A DNA stretch of 64,000 nucleotides from an uncultured Verrucomicrobiales bacterium (GTDB lineage Bacteria > Verrucomicrobiota > Verrucomicrobiia > Limisphaerales > Palsa-1400): NCBI GenBank assembly GCA_903927905.1, contig CAIYOY010000145.1, positions 3,871 to 67,870 on the forward strand. Reading direction: 5' to 3'. The position numbers and the translations under genes were made by a program. How positions within the stretch are numbered: position 1 is the first letter of the stretch; the number at the start of each line of letters is the position of its first letter. A model generated the notes under the pieces. The model searched no databases. It had not been told where the DNA came from and saw nothing but the letters and a program-made list of their open reading frames with translations. This document shows positions 16,651-25,093 of this stretch, one piece after another.

Positions 16651-18619
16651 TTTTCAGATCATCGAAATAATCCCGCACAGCTCCCTGATAGGCACGGGGG
16701 ACTTGATCTTGATTCAACGCGGATTGGGCTTCGCTTTGGGCGGTGGCGGCGGCGTTTTGGAAACTTACGGTGCTTTGGCCTTTGATGCTGACGCCTTTCA
16801 GATTGATGCTCGGCATCGGACCGCCCGGGGTGATCTGGCCTTGCAATTTAGTTGGCGACAATCCGTCGGCCAATTGCGCGTCGCCGCGATCGGTCAAGCC
16901 TTTCGACGCCATGTCGGGACGTTGCAGGCCGGAATTGTCCCAGAGCTGGCTCATTTCTGGATATAGTTGACTGTTGTCATCGGTCCAAGTGCCGACTCCG
17001 GGTCCGCCTTTGCCACCCTTGCCAGCTTTCAAACAATGTCCCGACGCCATACATTTGCCGCTCTTATCGCCGCAGGTCGGGCATTGGCCCCAATTTTTCT
17101 TGGTCGCGATGGCCATCTCGGCCTTGTTGACTGCATCGAGCGAAGCAGCCAGTGATTTGGCGTCGTCCAATTGGTCGAGTGTTTTCTGCAATTCCTTGGA
17201 GGCGGACGCGAGTGATTCGGCGGCGCCGGATTTTTCACCGCTCTTCATCTGGCCGACGGCTTGTTTCAGAAAGTCAGCGGCTTTACCAAAGGGACTGGCG
17301 GGGTCAACGGCCCGGGAAACTTCGTCCAACATTTTTTTGGCTTCTTCCGGCGTCACGTTGCCCGACTTCAACTGATCAATCATTTTCTGCAAAGTTTGTT
17401 GCGCGGTCTCGGCCTGGCCGAACTTCAATTGTTCCGGGAGATCTTTGCCCTGATGCCCAGCCTGTTCCTGGAGTTGCTGCATGGTCTTGGCCATCTCCGA
17501 CATTTTTTCCATGTCGGTGGTGGCGGCCTGCATGTCTTTCATGAAGCTATCTACTTGATTGTTTTTCAAGGCATTGATGGCTTCGTCGAGATTGGGGATC
17601 TGCTGGCCGAGGTCTTTGGCTTTTTTGCCGAGTTCAGCCAGGGCCTGGGTCATTTGCCGGCGGGCGGCGGTGCCTTCGGCGGAACCGTCCTTGGGCATGT
17701 TGGCGGCGGCTTTTTGCAGCTTCTGCAATTCGTCTTTCATCTGGTCGAGGGCCTGCGGATTTTCGCCGGCTTTGCCGAGGGATTTTTGCAGGGCATCGAG
17801 TTGCTTCTGCGCTTCCGGAGTCAGGCTGCTGGAACCGCGATTGGCTTCGCGCGCGGCTTTTTCCATGGCTTTGAACTCGGGATTTTTTTGCCCCAAGTCC
17901 TTCATCTGCTGTTTGAGTTTGTCGGCGACATTGGACAAATCTTTCAAGGCTTCGCTGCGCGTGAGTTGCCCTTGATCCATGTGGACACCAAGTTGTTCGA
18001 CGGTTTCCAAAGTTTTGCGCGTCGGCTCCAAGGCGGGCGGGCGATGTTCCAGATTGTGTTTGGTGAGTTCGAGAAGTTTGTTGCCGGCTTCTTTGATGGC
18101 GGCGGCATCGGCTTTTTTGTTCTGAAATTCTTTGCTGCGATATTCCGGGACGAAACCGAGCCCGGCGCTCAAGGCGAGCAGCAACAAGGCCCAACGACTG
18201 ACGCGCGGCAGATGAAAGGGAAAAAGTTTGTGCAGATCCAGTTTGGCGGCGAACTGGGCGGCATCGGTGATGAGAAGGGTGCGCCAGTTTTCGTTGGTGC
18301 CGGTGGCGGAAAGTTCGAGGGCGGTGCTGAGACGTTCCTGGAGATTTTCTTTGCGATCCACCAATCGGGCGGTTTCCTGCAAGGTGGCGCGATGGAACCA
18401 GCCGTAAAAAAATCCGATCAAGAGGGCCAGTCCGGCGGCGGCGGCCGCGCCGAAAAGAATGGTGCCGGGGATGGGCGCGAGTTTGTAAGTGGCGAGGGCA
18501 ATGAGCCAGAGGAGGGAGCCGATGAGGAGGCCCTGCCAAAGTCCATGCCACGCGCGTTGCCAGCGCCGCCGTTGGGCGGCCCGCGTCAAGGCATCCTGAA
18601 TGGTGGCCAGTTCGCTCAT
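16646..18619 (-). CDS. Membrane-anchored coiled-coil protein, DUF4175-like
   Basis: N-terminal RRRWQRAWHGLW is followed by two TM helices and then a long K/E/Q/A-rich helical region. The Cys-rich CPTCGDKSGKCMASGHC and the C-terminal PRAYQGAVRDYFDDL follow. The family name is from memory. Confidence 0.6.
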   Translation of the reverse strand: MSELATIQDALTRAAQRRRWQRAWHGLWQGLLIGSLLWLIALATYKLAPIPGTILFGAAAAAGLALLIGFFYGWFHRATLQETARLVDRKENLQERLSTALELSATGTNENWRTLLITDAAQFAAKLDLHKLFPFHLPRVSRWALLLLALSAGLGFVPEYRSKEFQNKKADAAAIKEAGNKLLELTKHNLEHRPPALEPTRKTLETVEQLGVHMDQGQLTRSEALKDLSNVADKLKQQMKDLGQKNPEFKAMEKAAREANRGSSSLTPEAQKQLDALQKSLGKAGENPQALDQMKDELQKLQKAAANMPKDGSAEGTAARRQMTQALAELGKKAKDLGQQIPNLDEAINALKNNQVDSFMKDMQAATTDMEKMSEMAKTMQQLQEQAGHQGKDLPEQLKFGQAETAQQTLQKMIDQLKSGNVTPEEAKKMLDEVSRAVDPASPFGKAADFLKQAVGQMKSGEKSGAAESLASASKELQKTLDQLDDAKSLAASLDAVNKAEMAIATKKNWGQCPTCGDKSGKCMASGHCLKAGKGGKGGPGVGTWTDDNSQLYPEMSQLWDNSGLQRPDMASKGLTDRGDAQLADGLSPTKLQGQITPGGPMPSINLKGVSIKGQSTVSFQNAAATAQSEAQSALNQDQVPRAYQGAVRDYFDDLKK

Positions 18620-18680
18620 TCCTTGGGTTTAAGATGAGGTAGAATGATGGTTTTGGCGAGCGGAAAATTTTTCACAGAGA

Positions 18681-18730
18681 TACCTTGATTTGGCTTAATC
18701 TACCTTGATTTACCTTAATTTGTCTTAATT
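18681..18730. repeat. Five tandem degenerate decamers (TACCTTGATT-type)
   Basis: The units are taccttgatt tggcttaatc taccttgatt taccttaatt tgtcttaatt. They lie in the 613-nt divergent intergenic region. Confidence 0.9.
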
Positions 18731-19090
18731 TCCCGAGGGGGAAGATGGGCCGCGAAAAGGCGCAGAAGACGCAAAAAGAGGGTTTGTGAGCCACGGCTAA
18801 AAGCGTGAAATGGGCGGAAGGAGAGAAGGCAAAGGGAGCGAGCGGGATTTTTTGATTCCCGACCCGGTTTTGAGCTGTCGTTTCCCCATCCATTACGCAT
18901 GGAACATAATGCAGTGGCTACATTATGTCAATTGGAAAAATTACCGATATTAATATGGTTGATGGTCGCCTGCTTGGCGGCGGCCAGAGCGATCCGGGCG
19001 AAGAATCCGTTGCAGTTGATCAATCGCTTCGCTCCCATGAATTATGGCTCGGGAGAAGATAACGTCCATCGTGATGCAGTTTCAGATCAG

Positions 19091-19123
19091 GGGGCGTATC
19101 TCATCAGTAATGAGATACGCCCC
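19091..19123. repeat. Perfect 14-bp stem / 5-nt loop hairpin flanked by direct repeats
   Basis: GGGGCGTATCTCAT-CAGTA-ATGAGATACGCCCC is flanked by CAGATCAG on the left (19083-19090) and AGATCAG on the right (19124-19130). Confidence 0.85.
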
Positions 19124-19232
19124 AGATCAGGAGCGGGGAATTAATGTGGTTGCTTTACGCCGCTTGGGTGTCATTCCCGGTGCCGCGCACCTGCCTCAGC
19201 AATAATTTTCAAAAATTTAGTGCGGTTTTCAA

Positions 19233-22196
19233 ATGGGCGGCAGTTATAACAATAGCATGGTTCAGAGCGATGGAGAATTACTGCATTTATACGCCAACGA
19301 CCATTCCGAGGAGGCTTTCACGGAATTGGTTGAGCGGCACATCAATATCGTCCATGCGGCGGCGCTTCGGCAATTGGGTGGGGACGGATCACTGGCGGAA
19401 GAGGTGACGCAACGGGTTTTTTCGGAATTGGCCGGCAAGGCGATCCTGTTGACGGGGCGGACTTCGATAGTGGGGTGGCTTTATGGCAGCACGCGTTTCT
19501 GCGCATTGGCGGCCCGCCGGGCCGAAATGCGCCGACGCAAACGTGAACAGGAGGCTTATATGATGGAGCAGACGAATCATTCTTCTCCCGGGTCGGATCA
19601 GGATTGGACGCAACTGAGCGCAGTTCTGGATGAAACGATGCACGAATTGGGCAAGGAGGATCGGGAAGCGGTTTTGTTGCGGTATTTTAAAGGCTGTTCG
19701 TTGAAGGAAGTGGGTGATTGCTTCGGGGTCAGCGACAACGCAGCCCGCATGAGGGTGGATCGTGCGCTGGACAAATTACGCCTGCTGCTGGCCAAGCGCG
19801 GGGTGTTGTCCACGACGGCGGTGCTGGCCGTTTTGTTCACCAGCTTCGCCGCTCCCGCCGCACCAAGAGCCCTGGCTGGACGGATCGCGAAAACCGCGCT
19901 GACCGGAAGCATCGCCACCGGCACCATCGCGGGATTTTGGGTGATGCGCACCGGGACAAAAATTTTACTCGGTCTGGCCGCCGCCATCATTCTGGTCGTA
20001 TTTGTTCCGCTTACATCGTCCTGGCGAGAAAAGAGCAGCCTGAGCTTGCCGGGGCCAAAACCCATCGCTCCCGCCGCTCAAAAGGTGCCGGTGGCATCCC
20101 CCGCCAACGATGAGACCAATGCAGGAACAAATGTCCCGGCCACCCCGCCCGCAGCAGCCAGCCCGACCCTCGCGCTTAAATTGATTGACAGCCGATCCGG
20201 CAAGCCGGTGACCGGGGTGAAAGTTGATTGTTTTCTCCGGCCGTTCAATCCGGCCAGCGCTCATTTTGTGCTGACGGTGGATAAGATGGGGACAGTGGAA
20301 GTGCCTTATCCTTCCAACACCACCAGACTGCAACTCATCACCCGACGAGAAAGGTACGCCGATACCCGGCTTGATTTTGACTCGACCGGGGGCGCGAAAA
20401 TCCCCGCGTCGTACACGCTCAGTCTGGAGCCTGGAGTGGTCCTGGGCGGATCTGTGGTGGACGCCGATGGCCAGCCGGCGGGGAACGCGCACATTTTATG
20501 GAATCACTATGAAGCTCCGGAAATTGATCATCCCCCTGTGAGCCATCAATTCTCCTCGATCGAAGTCGAGGTTGATGCCAGCGGACGATGGGAAGTCAAT
20601 CGCATTGCGGAAGACATGGTTCGTCGTCTTCGTGCTTTCGTCCGGCTGGGAAAGCAGGTGGCAGGTCCGGAGGTGTGGACGCGCAATCAACCGGAAGTGG
20701 AACGGGAATTGCGCGCCGGTACTTTTGTATTTCATCTCGGCAGGTCCTCAGCCATTGGAGGCGATGTGAGGGATGCCAACGGGCAAGCGATCGCAGGGGC
20801 CGAGGTGCTGGTGGGAACGGCGGGAAGTCCAAACCGACAGGTGGGGAAGGTTTCGTCGGATGGGACTTTCAGGGTGATTGGAGGCGAATCCGGGGCCGAG
20901 GTGTTGACGGCGACGGCCCCGGGTTTTGCCAGTTCCAGCATAGTCATCAACAGCACGAACGATCCACCGCCTTATCACTTGGTCTTGCAACCCGCCAAAA
21001 CGGCACGCTTAAAGGTGGTCAGCCCAGCAGGAGATCCTGTTGCCAACGCGAAGGTTCGCCTGAATCCCAATGGAAGCGTGAACCGGAAGATGATGGCCCA
21101 GGTCGAATTTAGCGCCACCACCGAGTCCGACGGTCTCGTGGTTTGGACGAATGCGCCGGAAGGCGATCTTCGTTTTGAGATCACGGCCCACGGCCATATA
21201 ATGGATTATTCCATCGTGATTCCAGCGGATGGGACAGAACACGTGGCGGTCTTGCCACGACCGGTCATCGTCACCGGGACTGTGCGAGAGGCCGGTTCCG
21301 GCGGTTTTATTCCGGAGTATCACATAATAAAGGGTGTTCCCTCCCCGCTGAATCCCGACCCGACTTTTGGCCTGTGGAGTCAAATTGAAGCCAATTGGGA
21401 ATATTTTTCCAAAAGCGACTATTCCGTGGTTTTTGATTCGTTGATGTCCATGAATGCCTACCAAGATGCTGGTTACATTTTAAAATTCGAAGCGGATGGC
21501 TACGAAACTTTTGTCTCCCGGATCATTCGATCAGACGAAGGCAAAGTGTCTTTGGATGTCGCCTTAAAACGCAGCCTGGCAACGATCGTCACAGTGGTGT
21601 CTTCGCAAGGTCAGCCCATGGCTGACATTCAAGTTGGTTTGGCTTGCCCTTCCGCTCTGCTGCGCCTGGTTCCCGGCGGACTGGAGTCGCGCGCGGGAGT
21701 GGGCCGGTCATTGATCCGGACTGATCGAAAGGGTCAATTTTCACTGCCGCCGGACCCGACCATCACCCGGGTGGTGGTCGCCAGCCCGGAAGGATTTACC
21801 CAGGCCATTCCAGCCGATCTGAAAAAAAACACCATCCTCACTGTTTTGCCGTGGGGCCGGGTCGAAGGGACATGCCTGGCAGATGGAAAAATTGCCCCTG
21901 GCCGCAAATACATTTTTCAATTGATCGGAACAAAAAATGGCGATTGTTTGTGCGATTATAAGTCGTATGAATTCATCTCCGATGACCTGGGCCATTTCGT
22001 CCTCCCCACTGCTCCGCCGGGCAGGCATCGCATTATCCATTTACGGCACAAAGCGGCGCCAACCGGGTCGGCGGATGGCAGGAAAAACCAAGAAACCGAA
22101 ATCGAAGTCAAGCCGGGCCAAACCACCATCATCACGCTGAACGACGAAGCCGACTCCACGGATGAAAACCTTCGCGCGGCCGCCTCGGGCAAATGA
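19233..22196 (+). CDS. ECF sigma-70 factor fused to an Ala/Thr-rich hydrophobic/TM region and a ~720-aa C-terminal domain with carboxypeptidase-regulatory-like beta-sandwich repeats
   Basis: Sigma region 2 is AFTELVERHINIVHAAALRQL...VTQRVF. Region 4 is DREAVLLRYFKGCSLKEVGDCFGVSDNAARMRVDRALDKLR. Hydrophobic ILLGLAAAIILVVFVPL and a Pro/Ala linker follow. Repeated G(G/T)V.DA.GQP..(N/G)A.V-type units then run to the end. Confidence 0.8.
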   Translation: MGGSYNNSMVQSDGELLHLYANDHSEEAFTELVERHINIVHAAALRQLGGDGSLAEEVTQRVFSELAGKAILLTGRTSIVGWLYGSTRFCALAARRAEMRRRKREQEAYMMEQTNHSSPGSDQDWTQLSAVLDETMHELGKEDREAVLLRYFKGCSLKEVGDCFGVSDNAARMRVDRALDKLRLLLAKRGVLSTTAVLAVLFTSFAAPAAPRALAGRIAKTALTGSIATGTIAGFWVMRTGTKILLGLAAAIILVVFVPLTSSWREKSSLSLPGPKPIAPAAQKVPVASPANDETNAGTNVPATPPAAASPTLALKLIDSRSGKPVTGVKVDCFLRPFNPASAHFVLTVDKMGTVEVPYPSNTTRLQLITRRERYADTRLDFDSTGGAKIPASYTLSLEPGVVLGGSVVDADGQPAGNAHILWNHYEAPEIDHPPVSHQFSSIEVEVDASGRWEVNRIAEDMVRRLRAFVRLGKQVAGPEVWTRNQPEVERELRAGTFVFHLGRSSAIGGDVRDANGQAIAGAEVLVGTAGSPNRQVGKVSSDGTFRVIGGESGAEVLTATAPGFASSSIVINSTNDPPPYHLVLQPAKTARLKVVSPAGDPVANAKVRLNPNGSVNRKMMAQVEFSATTESDGLVVWTNAPEGDLRFEITAHGHIMDYSIVIPADGTEHVAVLPRPVIVTGTVREAGSGGFIPEYHIIKGVPSPLNPDPTFGLWSQIEANWEYFSKSDYSVVFDSLMSMNAYQDAGYILKFEADGYETFVSRIIRSDEGKVSLDVALKRSLATIVTVVSSQGQPMADIQVGLACPSALLRLVPGGLESRAGVGRSLIRTDRKGQFSLPPDPTITRVVVASPEGFTQAIPADLKKNTILTVLPWGRVEGTCLADGKIAPGRKYIFQLIGTKNGDCLCDYKSYEFISDDLGHFVLPTAPPGRHRIIHLRHKAAPTGSADGRKNQETEIEVKPGQTTIITLNDEADSTDENLRAAASGK

Positions 22197-22293
22197 CGAG
22201 TCATGTTTGTCGGCAGGCGCCGATGTCCGGCGGCACCCCCGGCTGAAAAGAGGGTGATTTTCCGCTTGGCTCGGGGGGCATTCTGAACGATAT

Positions 22294-23535
22294 ATGGCGG
22301 CAATGAAAATAGTTTTAGCTTATTCGGGCGGCCTTGATACCTCCGTCCTGCTCTCGTGGATCAAAGAAAAATACAACGCCGAGATGATCGCCTTCTGCGC
22401 GGACATCGGCCAGGAGGAAGAATTGACCGGCCTGAAACAAAAGGCGCTCAAGACCGGGGCCTCGAAAATTTACATCGATGATTTGCAGGAGGAGTTTGCG
22501 CGGGATTTCATTTTCCCGATGATGCAGGCGGGCGCGGTTTATGAAAGCCAGTATTTTCTTGGCACGAGCATCGCGCGGCCACTCATCGCCAAGCGGATGA
22601 TCGAAATCGCACGGAAAGAAAAGGCCGACGCCATCGGCCACGGCGCGACGGGCAAGGGCAACGATCAGGTGCGGTTTGAATTGACAACGGCGGCGCTGGC
22701 GCCGGATTTGCAAATCATCGCTCCGTGGCGGGATGCGGAGTTCCGGGCGGAGTTTCCGGGCCGGGCGGAGATGATCCAATATTGTGCGGACAAAAAAATT
22801 CCGGTGGAGGCGAGTTCGAAGAAGCCTTATTCGATGGATCGGAATCTTCTGCATATTTCTTTTGAGGCCGGCATTTTGGAAGACCCGTGGCTGGACGCTT
22901 CCGCGCCGGAACACCGGGCGATGTATAAGTTGAGCGTTGCACCGGAAGATGCGCCGAACAAATCGGAGTATGTGACGCTGGATTTTGTCCAGGGCAATTG
23001 CGTGGCGGTCAACGGCAAAAAATTGAACCCTCTTGGCGTGATGAAAACCCTGAACAAACTCGGCGGGAAACATGGCGTGGGCCGGGTGGACTTGGTGGAG
23101 AACCGGTATGTGGGCATGAAATCACGCGGTGTTTATGAAACTCCCGGCGGCGCGATTCTGCATTTTGCGCATCGGCAGATTGAGACGCTAACCATGGACC
23201 GGGAAGTCATGCACTTGCGGGATTCACTGATTCCGAAATACGGTGAACTGGTTTATTACGGCTACTGGTACGCGCCGGAACGGCTGGCTCTGCAAGCGCT
23301 CGTGACCGAGAGTCAGAAGCACGTCACTGGCACTGTGCGGGTGAAATTATACAAGGGTAATATTATTTGTGCCGGACGGAAATCTCCGGTCAGCCTCTAC
23401 AATCCGCACATCGCCACGATGGAAGCCGACCCGACCAAGGCGTATAATCAGGATGATGCGACCGGGTTTATCCGATTGAATGGGTTGCGGTTAAGAGTCG
23501 CGGCGCAGGTGCATGGGGCGAAGAAGCGAAAATGA
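22294..23535 (+). CDS. argG: Argininosuccinate synthase
   Basis: [37 protein letters not shown] and [19 protein letters not shown]. Confidence 0.95.
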   Translation: MAAMKIVLAYSGGLDTSVLLSWIKEKYNAEMIAFCADIGQEEELTGLKQKALKTGASKIYIDDLQEEFARDFIFPMMQAGAVYESQYFLGTSIARPLIAKRMIEIARKEKADAIGHGATGKGNDQVRFELTTAALAPDLQIIAPWRDAEFRAEFPGRAEMIQYCADKKIPVEASSKKPYSMDRNLLHISFEAGILEDPWLDASAPEHRAMYKLSVAPEDAPNKSEYVTLDFVQGNCVAVNGKKLNPLGVMKTLNKLGGKHGVGRVDLVENRYVGMKSRGVYETPGGAILHFAHRQIETLTMDREVMHLRDSLIPKYGELVYYGYWYAPERLALQALVTESQKHVTGTVRVKLYKGNIICAGRKSPVSLYNPHIATMEADPTKAYNQDDATGFIRLNGLRLRVAAQVHGAKKRK

Positions 23536-23566
23536 AAACGGGCCAATCACTAACTTCAATGTTCAC

Positions 23567-23902
23567 ATGAAAACATTTTGTCTCATGTTGGCGGAGAGGT
23601 TGAGTGGGTTGGTGCTTTTCATTTTATGTCTGCCAGTGATTGCCGAAGGCGTGGTGCTGTATGCTCTGGTCGCAGGCGATCCCATTCTTATTCGCGAGGA
23701 TTTTGTTACACGGAATGGTTCGACTGTTTCAGTCTGGAGATTTCGCACTCAAGACCATGGCAGACCGATCTTTGGGGTGCCATTTTTTGAAAGCATTTCA
23801 GATTTTTTGCGCCGTTTTCGGATAAACGACATGCCAATGTTTTGGAATGTGGTTCGTGGCGACATCGGCCTTTCGGAATGTTGGCGTCATTTGCGACATT
23901 GA
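23567..23902 (+). pseudogene. Truncated bacterial sugar transferase (polyprenyl-phosphate glycosyl-1-phosphate transferase family), N-terminal half only
   Basis: A TM helix (LSGLVLFILCLPVIAEGVVLYAL), GDPILIRE....NGSTVSVWRFRT and RRFRINDMPMFWNVVRGDIGL match the family up to the GDMSLVGPRP block. The ORF then stops after ~111 aa, against ~200 aa or more for intact members. It lies in an AT-richer patch and ends 9 nt from the vapC stop. Confidence 0.6.
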
Positions 23903-23910
23903 AGTGGTCA

Positions 23911-24336
23911 TCATGCTTCAAACGGATTGACCGTATCAACAAACGGGAAATGTTTGGTGTTGCGGGTGGCGATGGTCCACCCCTGGCTGCGGGCGATGGC
24001 GGCAATTTGTAAATCCCGTAAGTCGGCTTCTTCCAACCCTTGCGCGCCTCGGGCGGCTTCGTATTCGGCGGCGTAACGACCGAATTCACTGGCTGCAGCT
24101 TCGTCAAAATCAAGAATCCATTCGCGGAAATCCTGGCGGATGAAATCGTATTTACGAGACAGTTCCCGCTTGCGCTTGCCTTCGGGAAGCCGTTCCAAGC
24201 CGTAACGCATTTCGGCCAGGGTAATGGTGGTCAGGCAGCAATCGGTTTCGTGTTCCTTCAACCAAGCCAGACATCGGGCGTTGGGTTTCGCCTTTCCGGT
24301 TTCACTGACGATATTGGTGTCGAGGACGTATCTCAC
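23911..24336 (-). CDS. vapC: PIN-domain toxin VapC (FitB-like)
   Basis: MRYVLDTNIVSE, ITLAEMRYG, DLQIAAIARSQGWTIATRNTKHF. A 4-nt overlap joins it to the upstream antitoxin ORF. Confidence 0.88.
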   Translation of the reverse strand: MRYVLDTNIVSETGKAKPNARCLAWLKEHETDCCLTTITLAEMRYGLERLPEGKRKRELSRKYDFIRQDFREWILDFDEAAASEFGRYAAEYEAARGAQGLEEADLRDLQIAAIARSQGWTIATRNTKHFPFVDTVNPFEA

Positions 24337-24572
24337 AACCGGCGTTTCATGGGGTGGCGGCGTTGCGGTATTTCAAGGCCTTTCATATCCAAAAGCGCAC
24401 TCACGAGGGTTTTTCGGGGCGGCCCTTCCAAGGCTTGAACCACCGCCGGAACGCCCCGGCGCAGGCCCTGCCGTAAAATTTCACTTTTGGTCAAACCGGT
24501 TTGTCTGACGGCGAGATTTATCATCTCGGTCAATTCAGGTTCCACCCGGAGTTGCAGCACGTCGTTCTTCAT
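24333..24572 (-). CDS. vapB: VapB-type antitoxin (ribbon-helix-helix-like)
   Basis: A short ORF lies immediately upstream of and overlapping vapC. LQLRVEPELTEMINLAVRQTGLTKSEILRQGLRRG is RHH-like. An alternative start lies at 24581. Confidence 0.75.
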   Translation of the reverse strand: MKNDVLQLRVEPELTEMINLAVRQTGLTKSEILRQGLRRGVPAVVQALEGPPRKTLVSALLDMKGLEIPQRRHPMKRRL

Positions 24573-24668
24573 GCATGACAATGTAGTACAATGTTCTCAC
24601 GAAGGCAAGCGCAACTGGAATAAGGAATTTATATTGCGGCAGACGGAAACCGCCGCTACAAAGGACAC

Positions 24669-24905
24669 ATGCCTGATCCTGTTATCTGCCAAAAAACTCC
24701 GATGGTGCAAGCGTGCGAACCGGGCACTTATTTCTGGTGCTCGTGCGGGCAATCGAAAACTCAGCCGTTTTGCGATGGCTCGCACAAGGGTTCGGGATTT
24801 GCGCCCACCAAAATCGAAATCCCGGAAAAGAAAACGATTGCGTGGTGCGCTTGCAAACATTCGAAGACGAAACCGTTTTGTGACGGGAGTCATCGGACGC
24901 TTTGA
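24669..24905 (+). CDS. CDGSH iron-sulfur domain-containing protein (two CDGSH motifs)
   Basis: WCSCGQSKTQPFCDGSHKG and WCACKHSKTKPFCDGSHR. Confidence 0.88.
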   Translation: MPDPVICQKTPMVQACEPGTYFWCSCGQSKTQPFCDGSHKGSGFAPTKIEIPEKKTIAWCACKHSKTKPFCDGSHRTL

Positions 24906-25088
24906 GTTAAATTCGAAGCTCGAAGCACGAAACAAAACGCCAATTTTCAAAAGAGCACGAAAATTCCAAACACCAGAGGATTCGCGTTAGAGCATTTCCC
25001 AAAAAGCTGCGACCGCTTTTCCCTTTGAATTTGGGGTTTCTCTGGAACTTGGAATTTGTTTCGTGCTTCGAGCTTCGGATTTCGAGTT
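24904..25088. repeat. Long-spacer inverted repeat (28-bp arms, 27/28 complementary) between convergent stop codons; MITE/REP-like
   Basis: AAATTCGAAGCTCGAAGCACGAAACAAA at 24909-24936 pairs with TTTGTTTCGTGCTTCGAGCTTCGGATTT at 25055-25082, with a 118-nt spacer. GAGTT occurs on both outer flanks (24904-24908 and 25084-25088). Confidence 0.85.
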
Positions 25089-25093
25089 TAGCC

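Noticed and set aside
17261-18637. A 458-aa + strand ORF, plus several shorter ones between 16631 and 18551.
   Set aside because: It is entirely antisense to the DUF4175-like gene. Its G/F/L-rich composition is the mirror image of the K/E/Q/A-rich coiled coil on the other strand, and I recognised no motifs. This is a typical shadow ORF in GC-biased DNA.
18681-18730. A check of whether the tandem decamers, the TTCGTG repeats at 15351-15380 or the heptamers at 4007-4027 could be a CRISPR array.
   Set aside because: The units are 7-10 nt long and directly abutting, with no spacers, and number only 3-5 copies. There are no cas genes in the window.
18899-19144. An 81-aa + strand ORF in the 613-nt divergent spacer, and a 39-codon minus-strand ORF (MDVIFSRAIIHGSEAIDQLQRIL...) at about 18948-19067.
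   Set aside because: Neither shows motifs or a signal I can name. The region is full of repeats and contains a palindrome. It may be a gene remnant, but I cannot support a call.
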